Source: Methylococcales bacterium
Lineage (GTDB): Bacteria; Pseudomonadota; Gammaproteobacteria; Methylococcales; DRLZ01
Direction of reading: 5' to 3'
Assembly: GCA_965224565.1 (NCBI GenBank)
Contig: CBDCZN010000002.1
Span: 2,230,417 to 2,294,416 of the forward strand
DNA: 64,000 nt
Shown here: piece after piece, positions 39,787 through 48,954 of the stretch
Position numbering within the stretch: position 1 is the stretch's first letter
How the letters are laid out: every line of letters starts with the position of its first letter
Notes under the pieces: model-generated
Databases searched by the model: none
Told to the model about the DNA's origin: nothing
The model's input: only the letters and a program-made list of their open reading frames with translations
Program-made: the position numbers and the translations under genes

Positions 39787-40971
39787 TATATGTATGCTGA
39801 TCACCAGGTGATACACTATCATCGGCTTTGTTCGCACCGCTTGTACCATCAGCATACGGCGAGCCTTCAGAATCCTTATCATAAAAGACTCCGTGTGGAT
39901 GGACAGTGGTCGGGAAAGAGGTATTGTTGCGAAAATGGACGAAAATTGTATCGTTTACTTCAGCTCGGATAATTGGACCGAGCATCCCTAAATGTTCCCT
40001 GTCCGTTCCAATGCGTGTGTCAACCTCTCCAACACCTGCACCGCCATCAATGATTGTATCCCAATCACACTTTGAGCCTTTATTTGCATAACGACGGTAG
40101 AGTGCTTTTGTGTAAACTCTGCCTATACCTTCATCGACAAAGATCAATTGTGAGTGAACAACCTTTTCTGCAAACTGTTGAGCACAAAAACCACCTTGTT
40201 GCGTCCGGCATCCAAAATAGCCAGTGCCTACTTGCCAGATTAAATCGCCACCCGGTTTTAAATGATACGAACTCAATCCTCCTTCCCCAGTGTTATGCGC
40301 AAAGCCACCAATGCGAGCGCCATGATTCAACGCCAATACGGCTGTTTGACTGAGCGCACCAAAACTCATCGCAGAAATATTGAAAATACTTGCAGAATAA
40401 GGCTGGCTACAGACACAACCACCGACCAAGACGCGTGGATCGGTATCCAGTGTTTCCATCTTGTGGGCTGCAAGAGAATGTCCCATCCACTCGTAGCCAA
40501 CTCGGTAGATATCGACGCGAGTGCCGAACGGTACACTATCCATGGCGCCAGTCGAGCGTTGATAAACCACCGAGCGATACATGCGATTGATTGGCACACC
40601 ATCTGTGTCCGATTCCATGTAATATTGACGCACCATCGGTCGCAGCCATTCGGCAATCCAGCGTGCGTGACCGACCACTGGAAAATTCCTGAGAATAGTA
40701 TGCCGTGACTGGTTTATATCGTAAACACCAAGCATACTCAAACACCCGATTGGCAACAACAACCAAAAAGCTGGCTGCCATATCAGACCTAGCAAACCAG
40801 AGAACAGAATGGCACTGATAGAAACCAGATAAAAACGTTGCGACGCATGACGACTACATTACACTAAGTCGGTACAGAAGTTTATCACCAAGAAGCCTGG
40901 TGATCACATTGCCTGCTATTGACAACACACGTCAACATAATCATACTTATATGGAATTCCATATATGTTAA

Positions 40972-41328
40972 TTGATGATGACACCTGCTAATTGTTTTAA
41001 ATGCTTGTCTGATGAAACCCGTCTGCGCTGCATGATGCTTGTGTATAAACAAAGCGAACTTTGTGTTTGTGAGCTGACTCATGCGCTGAATTTATCGCAA
41101 CCGAAAATATCCCGGCATCTTGCTCAATTGCGTCAATGTGGATTGTTACTGGACAAGCGTCGTGGTCAATGGGTGTATTACCAAGTTAATCCCGATCTCC
41201 CTAAGTGGGCTCTGGATATTCTAGTTATCTCTGCTTCAGCGCTAGAAGAGCATGAACTCTATCAAATAGATCATCACCGCCTCAATACGATGTCTGACAG
41301 ACCAGCTGAATCTGCCTGTTGTGAATGA
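40972..41328 (+). CDS. arsR: ArsR/SmtB family metalloregulator
   Basis: ELCVCEL metal-binding motif in the HTH (LSQPKISRHLAQLRQCGLL). Confidence 0.8.
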   Translation: MMMTPANCFKCLSDETRLRCMMLVYKQSELCVCELTHALNLSQPKISRHLAQLRQCGLLLDKRRGQWVYYQVNPDLPKWALDILVISASALEEHELYQIDHHRLNTMSDRPAESACCE

Positions 41329-41352
41329 TTTTTGAATAACAATAATTGCACT

Positions 41353-41518
41353 TATACTCTCCGCACATGAAAATCTAGCATCCTGTGCACGCACTTTTTT
41401 GCGGATAACTGCGTTGAAAAACCTTGCTGTAGAGTGACTACAGCTAAGATTTTCCGCCTTGCTCTCCACAAAATATCACGCACACAAAATGCTAGATTTT
41501 CATGTACGAAGAGTATAC
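41353..41518. mobile_element. MITE copy 4, inserted between arsR and arsI/cadI
   Basis: Full TIRs; flanked by TA dinucleotides. Confidence 0.8.
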
Positions 41519-41544
41519 ATTTGAAACTATAAAGGAAGTTTAAT

Positions 41545-41994
41545 ATGAAAAGATTACATGTCCATATGTCAGTTGAAAATCTTGAAGACAATATTCGCTT
41601 TTACAGCACCTTATTCGCCTCTGAACCAACCGTGCAACATGACGATTACGCTAAATGGATGCTGGATAACCCACTTGTCAACTTTGCCATCTCAAATCGT
41701 GGCGCAAAACCTGGTATTGACCACCTGGGTATGCAAACTGACGATGACGAAGAGCTGGTGGATTTAAAACAACGTTTGGATGTAACACAGCAACCCATTA
41801 AAACCCAGGAAAATTCAGCTTGCTGTTATGCTAAATCAGATAAACACTGGGTAACTGATCCACAGGGAATTGCCTGGGAATCATTTCATTCATTATCCGA
41901 GATTCCAACTTTCAACGAGCCAGTAGACACTGAAACCAATGAAAGCGCATGCTGCGCACCAGTGGCAAAAGAAGCATCGCCATGTTGTGGCTAA
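41545..41994 (+). CDS. ArsI/CadI-type glyoxalase-family metalloenzyme with C-terminal Cys pairs
   Basis: VOC fold (MKRLHVHMSVENLEDNIRFYSTLF...IDHLGMQ) with CC motifs near the C-terminus; the genomic context lies between arsR and arsC. Confidence 0.6.
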   Translation: MKRLHVHMSVENLEDNIRFYSTLFASEPTVQHDDYAKWMLDNPLVNFAISNRGAKPGIDHLGMQTDDDEELVDLKQRLDVTQQPIKTQENSACCYAKSDKHWVTDPQGIAWESFHSLSEIPTFNEPVDTETNESACCAPVAKEASPCCG

Positions 41995-42026
41995 CCCTTT
42001 GAAATTAAAGCTGGAGAAAATAAACC

Positions 42027-42503
42027 ATGAAAAATGTTCTGGTGTTATGCACTGGTAATTCCTGTCGCAGTGTTCTTGGTGAAGCACTCTTCAATCATCT
42101 GGGTACTGGTCGAATCAAAGCCTTCTCCGCAGGTAGTAACCCAGTTGGCAAAGTCAATTCAAATGCACTAGCAACTCTAGCCGATCACGGTTTACCAACT
42201 GATGGTTATAGCAGTCAGCCCTGGGATGAATTTGCTGATTACAAAATAGATATTGTCATCACCGTTTGTGATAACGCGGCAGAGGAAACCTGTCCGGTCT
42301 ATCTCAACGATGCGATTAGAGTACATTGGGGTCTTGCCGATCCGGCACATGTCACAGGGACAAAGGAACAAATTAATTTCGCGTTTGAAAATACTTATAC
42401 TGCTCTGGAAGCGCGTATCAAAAAAATGCTCGAGTTGCCACTGGATGATTTAACCAATCAACAATTACTTAATCAGTTAAATGAAATTGGTACGACGACA
42501 TGA
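42027..42503 (+). CDS. arsC: Arsenate reductase, LMW-PTP/thioredoxin-coupled type
   Basis: CTGNSCRS P-loop at the N-terminus, and Cys82/Cys89-like residues (VITVCDNAAEETCP). Confidence 0.85.
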   Translation: MKNVLVLCTGNSCRSVLGEALFNHLGTGRIKAFSAGSNPVGKVNSNALATLADHGLPTDGYSSQPWDEFADYKIDIVITVCDNAAEETCPVYLNDAIRVHWGLADPAHVTGTKEQINFAFENTYTALEARIKKMLELPLDDLTNQQLLNQLNEIGTTT

Positions 42504-42830
42504 AATTTTAGCATTTAGTGTGCGTAATTTTTGTAGAGAATCAGGCAGAAAACCTTAGCTAAGTCATTCTACAGCTAAGGTTTTCCTACGTAATCATTCG
42601 CCTTGAACTCGAACAAAAATCCTAATTATACTCTTCGCACATGAAAATCTAGCATTTTGTGTGCGTGATATTTTGTGGAAAGCAAGGCGGAAAATCTTAG
42701 CTGTAATCACTCTACAGCAAGGTTTTTCAACGCAGTTATCCGCAAAAAAGTGCGTGCACAGGATGCTAGATTTTCATGTGCGGAGAGTATATTAGAGGCA
42801 CCTTTAAATCTTCATGTGCGGAGACTATCT
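42499..42830. mobile_element. Cluster of MITE copies: partial (42499-42600), full inverted copy 5 (42627-42793), TIR remnant (42795-42830)
   Basis: Core palindrome and TIR sequences are recognisable in each piece. Confidence 0.7.
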
Positions 42831-42831
42831 A

Positions 42832-45800
42832 TTATTGCTGAAACTCCAAATGTAGAACAGGTGCAGCGGATGCGTTTGCCTCAAACGAAGTCGCCTCACG
42901 CTTGCCACTCCCTGTAACAATAATTGCCAACGAATGATTGTTAGTCCAATTAGTTCGGTTGACAATTTCTTGAACTATGGAGGTGAGATTTGGCGTACGT
43001 TGATCAACACCGGCGTCACCACTAGCCGTCCATGGAACTGGAGCCCAAGACACACTCGCGTTTGTGGTTGGTCTGGTCGACAAATTATTACTGACCTTAA
43101 GAAAAGTCGTCGCATTGTCAGCAGCTTCCCCTTTTAGCGTCAAAGAAGTTGTCGTTGAACGAGCTTTTGCGGCAGTAAATTGAATATAAGCGCTAACAAT
43201 TGTGCTGCCTTGTGGAATGTTTACAGTATTAAAGCGCATGCCGATGGTTTGATTACCTCCTGAAGCAACCAAATCGAGATCTGTACTTCCTACAATAACG
43301 TTGCCATCAGCTTTTTCTTCGATATCATCACTGCCTGAACTAATCGGGATGGAAAGTCTTGTTGTCCCTCCTCCTGCAGCAAGAACATTGACAGTGATGC
43401 TATCAGAACTGGTTAAACTGTCACCATCAGTTGCTGTTGCAGTAATCGTATGTGTTCCCTCCGACAACACGCTTATTGAGAAGGAAGCACCTGATCCAAT
43501 GGTTCCATCAAGATTGGAAGTCCAGCTCAAGCTTGCACTCACATCACCATCTTCCGTATCCAATGCACTTCCAGTAAAAGTAATGCTATCGCCAAAGGTG
43601 GCATTCGTTCCATCCGTAGGCGCAGTAATCGATGCTGTGGGCGGTTGATTCCCAGTTCCAGCCATGCCAGAAAACTCAACATGAAGTACTGGTGCAGTGG
43701 CTGAATTACCCTCAAACGCAATCCCTTCGCGTTTGCCCGTTCCAGCAATGATGATCGCCAACGAATGACTACTGATCCAATTTGATCGATTAACAATTTC
43801 TTGAATAATTGGAGTGAGATTTGGTGTTCGTTGATCAATACCCGCGCCACCAGCTACTGTCCACGGAACTGGCGACCATGACACACTCGCCGTCGTTACT
43901 GGCCTGGAGGATACATTGTTATTGACCCTGAGAAAGGTTGCCGCATTGTCCGCTGCCTCTCCTTTTAGTGTCAAAGAGGTCGTCGAAGATCGAGTATTTG
44001 CGGCAGTAAATTGAATATAAGCGTTGACAATTGTCGCACCTCTTGGAATCGTTAGACCATTAAAGCGTATACCAACCGTTTGACTGCCTCCAGAAGCCAC
44101 CAAATCAAGATCTGAACTACCAGTAATAACCCGACCATCAGGCTTTTCTTCGGCATCATCACTGCCTGTTGATACTCTGACCTCTTGAATAGTGGTAGAG
44201 TCCCCGGTGTCATCTCCCCGATTGACAGTCACAGTAATTTCATCAAAAGCGGTGAGGTTGCCTTTATTTACAGTCAACCGCAGTACGTAGGTTCCTGAGA
44301 CATCGAAATTGACACTCGTATCTTCGTCATTGGAGTCAACGAAGGATGCTGTACCCGGGCCGCTGATCTGACTCCAGATATTGGTACTCCCCGAAGGTAC
44401 AGTTCCATTCAAGCGTAACTCTGCAGGTAGCACAATCGTTTGATCTGAGCCTGCAGATACCTGCAACGCTTCGTCGATATCATCGACTCTAAGCATCTTT
44501 GATACACTTGGCACGCCCGCATTATCAATGATAAAAAGCATATAATGCCCAGGTGGTGCAATGTTAGCACTATCAGGCGTTGTTACCTCCAATGCTCCAT
44601 TTCTCGGAATAAAACTGAGAGGAATATATCGTTGTTCCATATTCTGCGAATGCGTGACAGAACCGGTTCGTACTAACCCGACCTTAAGGATCTCGCTAGC
44701 TTGGGGTGTCTCCACTATTATTTGCCAAGAGTATCCTATTTCATCAGGTGTATTCTCGATGACAGGACGAGATGCCAATTGCCCCGACCCATCCGCCCGA
44801 AAAAGATATGGCGGTGAAAAAATCTCTGCATTTTTCTGGAGATATCCGACTTGTTGACAGGTTCCACAGATCCCGCCACCAGCCGAGAGCACACGTGCGT
44901 CAGGCAGCAATAATGCTATCGAGTGATATTGTCTGGCTCGCGACTCGCTAGCTAGACTCACCCAGGTTTCGGTATCTGGATTCCACAGCTCTGGTGTATA
45001 AACTGCATTAGTCAAATCAACCAACCCAGCATTCGAGCTGTAACCACCCGTAGCCAGTACTGAGCCATCAGCCAATATCGTTAAATTGTGTTGACGGCGG
45101 CGGAAAGCCATCGAATCTGTCGATGAAACAGTGTTGTTATGCAAATCGATGACGACTGATGACTGTTGACTATGAACCGAACTCTGATGACCACCACCAG
45201 CAATCAAGACTTTACCAATGTCGTACATTGCATAACTGCCATAGGATCGCTTTGCATTGTCACGCCTTATCGTATTTTGCCATGCTCCACTACCGCTCGT
45301 TGTGACATAGCCAAGTTGAGTATCCGGTCCAAAAAAGGCTACTCGACCATCTGGAGCTGTTTGCAACCACGGATACTCTCTATGTGCCCAATAGTTTTGT
45401 GCTGCACTTGAGAGTAGGCGGATCTGACCATTGGTTTGGCGAACTTCAGATGTTGCTGGTCCACCTCCGGTAATGAGCATTTCGCCATTTGCCAGCGGCG
45501 TTACGGATGGATACCAGCGTGTAAAACTCATATCGACCCCGACACTCCAGTTTGGTGCTGAAGACGAAAACAAGTGGGTTTCTCTTAAACCATTTAAACC
45601 AGCGTCAGCATTCCCTCCAGCGATAAACAATTGTCCATCTGGTAGCGAAGCAAAACCACTGCAGAAAAGATTATAACCAGTGTCTACACGGACATCAGTA
45701 AACTGACTTGTAACGGGGTCCCAAATAGTCGCCCTGGTGAAAGTGTGGTTTGGAAACGATTCAGTCGGTGCGTCACCAACTGAATCAAAAGCAAGTATAC

Positions 45801-46155
45801 GTCCGTCATGTAACAGCGATACAAAAACAGGAACAAGTGGCCATCCCTCTACGCCTCCCCATTGCCCTTCGTTCTGCGCACTCGCACTAAGTGCTGTGAT
45901 TCGCGTTGCGGTGCTTAATTCAGGGTTATAGCCGATCCGCTCTCTTTCTGCGCGCTCAATAATCTGCGCCTCTTCTTCGATTGTAGGAGCCCGATCATCA
46001 TGAAAGCTGTCTTCTGTTATTTCCTGAGACACGCTTGATTCCAACTCGTGTGCCGATAGTACACTACCCAAGGAAAACACTATACATACCAGTAACAAAA
46101 CAGGCGATCTGAAAGCTGTGAATATCAAACAGCTGTATTGCATTAGATTTCTCAT
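42832..46155 (-). CDS. Secreted galactose-oxidase/glyoxal-oxidase-like protein with two Ig-like domains and a duplicated ~190-aa C-terminal module (1107 aa)
   Basis: Signal peptide, a Kelch-type propeller region and a DUF1929/E-set-like region (...GHYMLFIIDNAGVPS), then Ig - module X - Ig - module X. The module X copies are ~75% identical (SGSDD.EEK.DG.V..GS.DLDLVASGG.QT.G.RFN). Confidence 0.7.
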   Translation of the reverse strand: MRNLMQYSCLIFTAFRSPVLLLVCIVFSLGSVLSAHELESSVSQEITEDSFHDDRAPTIEEEAQIIERAERERIGYNPELSTATRITALSASAQNEGQWGGVEGWPLVPVFVSLLHDGRILAFDSVGDAPTESFPNHTFTRATIWDPVTSQFTDVRVDTGYNLFCSGFASLPDGQLFIAGGNADAGLNGLRETHLFSSSAPNWSVGVDMSFTRWYPSVTPLANGEMLITGGGPATSEVRQTNGQIRLLSSAAQNYWAHREYPWLQTAPDGRVAFFGPDTQLGYVTTSGSGAWQNTIRRDNAKRSYGSYAMYDIGKVLIAGGGHQSSVHSQQSSVVIDLHNNTVSSTDSMAFRRRQHNLTILADGSVLATGGYSSNAGLVDLTNAVYTPELWNPDTETWVSLASESRARQYHSIALLLPDARVLSAGGGICGTCQQVGYLQKNAEIFSPPYLFRADGSGQLASRPVIENTPDEIGYSWQIIVETPQASEILKVGLVRTGSVTHSQNMEQRYIPLSFIPRNGALEVTTPDSANIAPPGHYMLFIIDNAGVPSVSKMLRVDDIDEALQVSAGSDQTIVLPAELRLNGTVPSGSTNIWSQISGPGTASFVDSNDEDTSVNFDVSGTYVLRLTVNKGNLTAFDEITVTVNRGDDTGDSTTIQEVRVSTGSDDAEEKPDGRVITGSSDLDLVASGGSQTVGIRFNGLTIPRGATIVNAYIQFTAANTRSSTTSLTLKGEAADNAATFLRVNNNVSSRPVTTASVSWSPVPWTVAGGAGIDQRTPNLTPIIQEIVNRSNWISSHSLAIIIAGTGKREGIAFEGNSATAPVLHVEFSGMAGTGNQPPTASITAPTDGTNATFGDSITFTGSALDTEDGDVSASLSWTSNLDGTIGSGASFSISVLSEGTHTITATATDGDSLTSSDSITVNVLAAGGGTTRLSIPISSGSDDIEEKADGNVIVGSTDLDLVASGGNQTIGMRFNTVNIPQGSTIVSAYIQFTAAKARSTTTSLTLKGEAADNATTFLKVSNNLSTRPTTNASVSWAPVPWTASGDAGVDQRTPNLTSIVQEIVNRTNWTNNHSLAIIVTGSGKREATSFEANASAAPVLHLEFQQ

Positions 46156-46577
46156 TTTAACCTCTGTGTTTTTCAGTTTTTGTTATAGCAATCAGTCTGA
46201 GTAAGAACGAGATTAACTGCTTATTTAAGTTGTTAATTTTACCGCTATTTTGAAAGGGAGAACAAAACAATTCTACTAATATTTAAATGTCTGCATGAAA
46301 TTGTTATCCACATCGAGTGCAATGATATTGTAAACAATTGCTTTTAGAGTCTGTTAGGTCAAAAAACTTGAAAAAAACACCTTCTATTCAAATACTTTGC
46401 AATCGGCAAATTCGATATACTAAACCAATAATATTCTGATGATGCATATCAAGATTGCAGTATTTCAACACTCCATAAAATATCACGTACACTAGATACA
46501 AAATTGTCAAATAATATTGAACCCTTGTAATTTTTTATAAATCCTTAAAAAACCTAGATAACACAAAGGAAACACGA

Positions 46578-47423
46578 GTGAAAACCATCAACAACATTTT
46601 ATCACTCCTGGTCTCAACACTGTTGCTAATGCATATGCCAATTCAGGCTGAAACTTCACTACGCATGGCAACCACAACCAGTACTGATAATTCAGGATTA
46701 CTGGCGATTCTCAACCCACCATTTGAGAAGCAGAATGGAATCCGCCTTGATGTCATTGTTGTTGGCACTGGGAAAGCGTTGAAACTAGCCGAGAATGGTG
46801 ATGTTGACTTGGTCTTTGTGCATGCACCTGCGGCAGAAAAGGCATTTGTCCAAGCGGGTCATGGTGTCGATCGGCAAGCTGTTATGCATAATGATTTTGT
46901 GCTGCTTGGTCCGGCTACCGATCCAGCAAAGGTCAAAACAGCAAAAACAGTCACCCAGGCACTCAAACTACTCAGCACTCAACGAACAGAGTTTATCTCC
47001 CGTGGCGACGATTCTGGCACCCATAAAAAAGAAAACAGCTTGTGGAAAGCTGCCGCAATCAAGCCTAATGGAAAATGGTACATTTCAACTGGGCTGGGAA
47101 TGGGCGCAGCTCTGCAAATTGCTGATGAAAAACAAGCCTATATTTTATCGGATCGTGGTACTTATCTGTCTTTTCAAGACAAGATAGACTTGCAAATCGT
47201 TATTGCCAACCACCCTCCCCTACACAATCCATACCATGTAATTGCAGTGAATCCCGAACGTTACCCGTTTATCAAATATGATCTGGCTAATAAATACATC
47301 GACTACCTCACCTCAAAACAGGGACAATCGATCATTGCTGACTTCAAAATGAAAGGTCAGCAAGTGTTCTTTCCAGATGTGATACCAATCACTATCCCGA
47401 CAATCCTCCCTACCTCGAAATAG
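46578..47423 (+). CDS. tupA: Tungstate/molybdate ABC transporter substrate-binding protein TupA-like (orphan)
   Basis: LRMATTTSTDNSGLL...GTGKALKLAENGDVD...FISRGDDSGTHKKE matches the TupA signature; no permease or ATPase gene follows. Confidence 0.7.
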   Translation: MKTINNILSLLVSTLLLMHMPIQAETSLRMATTTSTDNSGLLAILNPPFEKQNGIRLDVIVVGTGKALKLAENGDVDLVFVHAPAAEKAFVQAGHGVDRQAVMHNDFVLLGPATDPAKVKTAKTVTQALKLLSTQRTEFISRGDDSGTHKKENSLWKAAAIKPNGKWYISTGLGMGAALQIADEKQAYILSDRGTYLSFQDKIDLQIVIANHPPLHNPYHVIAVNPERYPFIKYDLANKYIDYLTSKQGQSIIADFKMKGQQVFFPDVIPITIPTILPTSK

Positions 47424-47490
47424 TCATTGATATTCCTGATTTATTGATTTTAAGGGTTAAACTTTCAAGCGACAACACAGGTTAAATTCT

Positions 47491-48654
47491 TTGAAAGACC
47501 AATTTAGAGAGCGAGTTTTCCGAATCATCGAGGTCGCCGAGTTGGGGGATCTTCCTAGCCATCGTTTTGATGTCTTCATCATCATAATGATTGCAATCAA
47601 TATTGCCGCTGTCATCATTGGTAGCATCGCTAAATTTCACATTCAATATGGTGTATGGCTAAATATGCTGGCATACATCTCTGTCGCTCTTTTCAGCGTC
47701 GAATACTTATGCCGCATCTGGACTTGCGTCGATCATCCATCAGGAACCTACCGTCACCCGATTACAGGAAGACTAAAATACTTGTTCTCACCATTGATGC
47801 TTGCTGACCTGTTTGCATTGTTCCCTTTTTATATCTCTCTATTCCCAGTGCTCGATTTAAGAATTCTGCGCTTATTACGTTTATTAGTAATGCTGCGACT
47901 AACTCATTACTCCGATGCATTACATGTGTTAGCAACGATCGTACGGCGAGAAAGCAAAACATTTGCCGCCATTTTCCTAGTCATCGTTAGCCTACTGTTG
48001 CTGGTTTCCTATTTCATTTACGTCATCGAACGTCATGTCCAACCCGATGCGTTTGCCAGTATTCCCGAGGCGATGTGGTGGAGTATTTCGACCCTGACCA
48101 CTGTAGGATATGGTGATGTTGTACCAGTGACCACAATGGGTAAAGTGTTTGGCATGATTGTCATGTTAATCGGAATTGGCATGTTCGCAATCCCTACCGG
48201 AATATTGGTATCCGCTTTTTCTCAAGAAATGAAAAGGAAAGATTTTGTAGCAACCTGGAACCTGGTCGCTAAAGTTCCCCTGTTTTCTGATCTCGATGCT
48301 GCCGAAATCGCAAATATCACTGAACTACTACACTTACGCAGCGTGATGCCCGGTGAAATAATCATTCGTAAGGGTGAAGTTGCTCATAGAATGTATTTTA
48401 TTGTAGCGGGTGAAGTCGAAGTCGATCTGGCTAACCATCCGGCTAGATTGAAGGAAGGCGATTTTTTTGGAGAACTCGGTGTGCTTTACAAAATACGGCG
48501 CACTGCCAACGTCACCGCTAATACATTTGTGGAACTATTACAATTGGAAAATAGAGACCTGGAAGCCTTGCTGGAAGCCAACCCGAAACTTGGAGAACGC
48601 ATTACTCAAAAAGCCAGTATGCGTCGCGATAGTATCAATAAGCTAAATCAGTAA
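47491..48654 (+). CDS. Cyclic-nucleotide-gated K+ channel (MloK1-like): ion-transport domain with TTVGYGD filter plus a C-terminal cNMP-binding domain
   Basis: TM segments, the selectivity filter TTVGYGDVVP, and a CAP-type cNMP domain (FGELGVL...RRTANV). Confidence 0.8.
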   Translation: MKDQFRERVFRIIEVAELGDLPSHRFDVFIIIMIAINIAAVIIGSIAKFHIQYGVWLNMLAYISVALFSVEYLCRIWTCVDHPSGTYRHPITGRLKYLFSPLMLADLFALFPFYISLFPVLDLRILRLLRLLVMLRLTHYSDALHVLATIVRRESKTFAAIFLVIVSLLLLVSYFIYVIERHVQPDAFASIPEAMWWSISTLTTVGYGDVVPVTTMGKVFGMIVMLIGIGMFAIPTGILVSAFSQEMKRKDFVATWNLVAKVPLFSDLDAAEIANITELLHLRSVMPGEIIIRKGEVAHRMYFIVAGEVEVDLANHPARLKEGDFFGELGVLYKIRRTANVTANTFVELLQLENRDLEALLEANPKLGERITQKASMRRDSINKLNQ

Positions 48655-48954
48655 TGATCTGTTAATCGATAATAATCGGTACATTATAAAAGAAATGTTG
48701 TAAAAATACTGACTGTGATCGTCAATATACAAACTTAATTATTGTAAATATTGCCAGCTCTAGTCAGAACCAAGCTAACCTTCTGTTCCAATCAAACAAT
48801 TCTGCACTCACTCCATATATTTCTGATATATCTTTGATTATGTAGATTTTATATGAATGTTGACACTCGTATAAATATTGACACTAGCATACCCACAGAA
48901 AACATGGTCTAATCTGTGCCCATTTACTCATAAATATTATTTTGAGGTGTTATA

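Larger units (their letters stand above)
38137..40795 (-). pseudogene. Chimeric, IS-disrupted gene: FMN-binding glutamate-synthase-family N-terminal fragment fused to a ceruloplasmin-like two-cupredoxin multicopper oxidase, interrupted by IS1595
   Basis: aa 1-~230 of ORF 39782..40795 carry GltS-like motifs (SAMSFGALS, HNTGEGG). From ~LIFVDEGIGRVYTKALYRRY onward it is an MCO (TVHPHGVFY). Deleting the IS plus one TSD joins ...GDQHTY to IWPVPKRSGPG... in frame, continuing to the HCHVNDHLNAGM copper site (38137..38758). Confidence 0.65.

Noticed and set aside
39782-40795. Treating ORF 39782..40795 as one genuine 337-aa protein
   Set aside because: Its stop codon comes from the IS1595 terminus. 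The two halves belong to unrelated families, so it is better described as a chimera or pseudogene.
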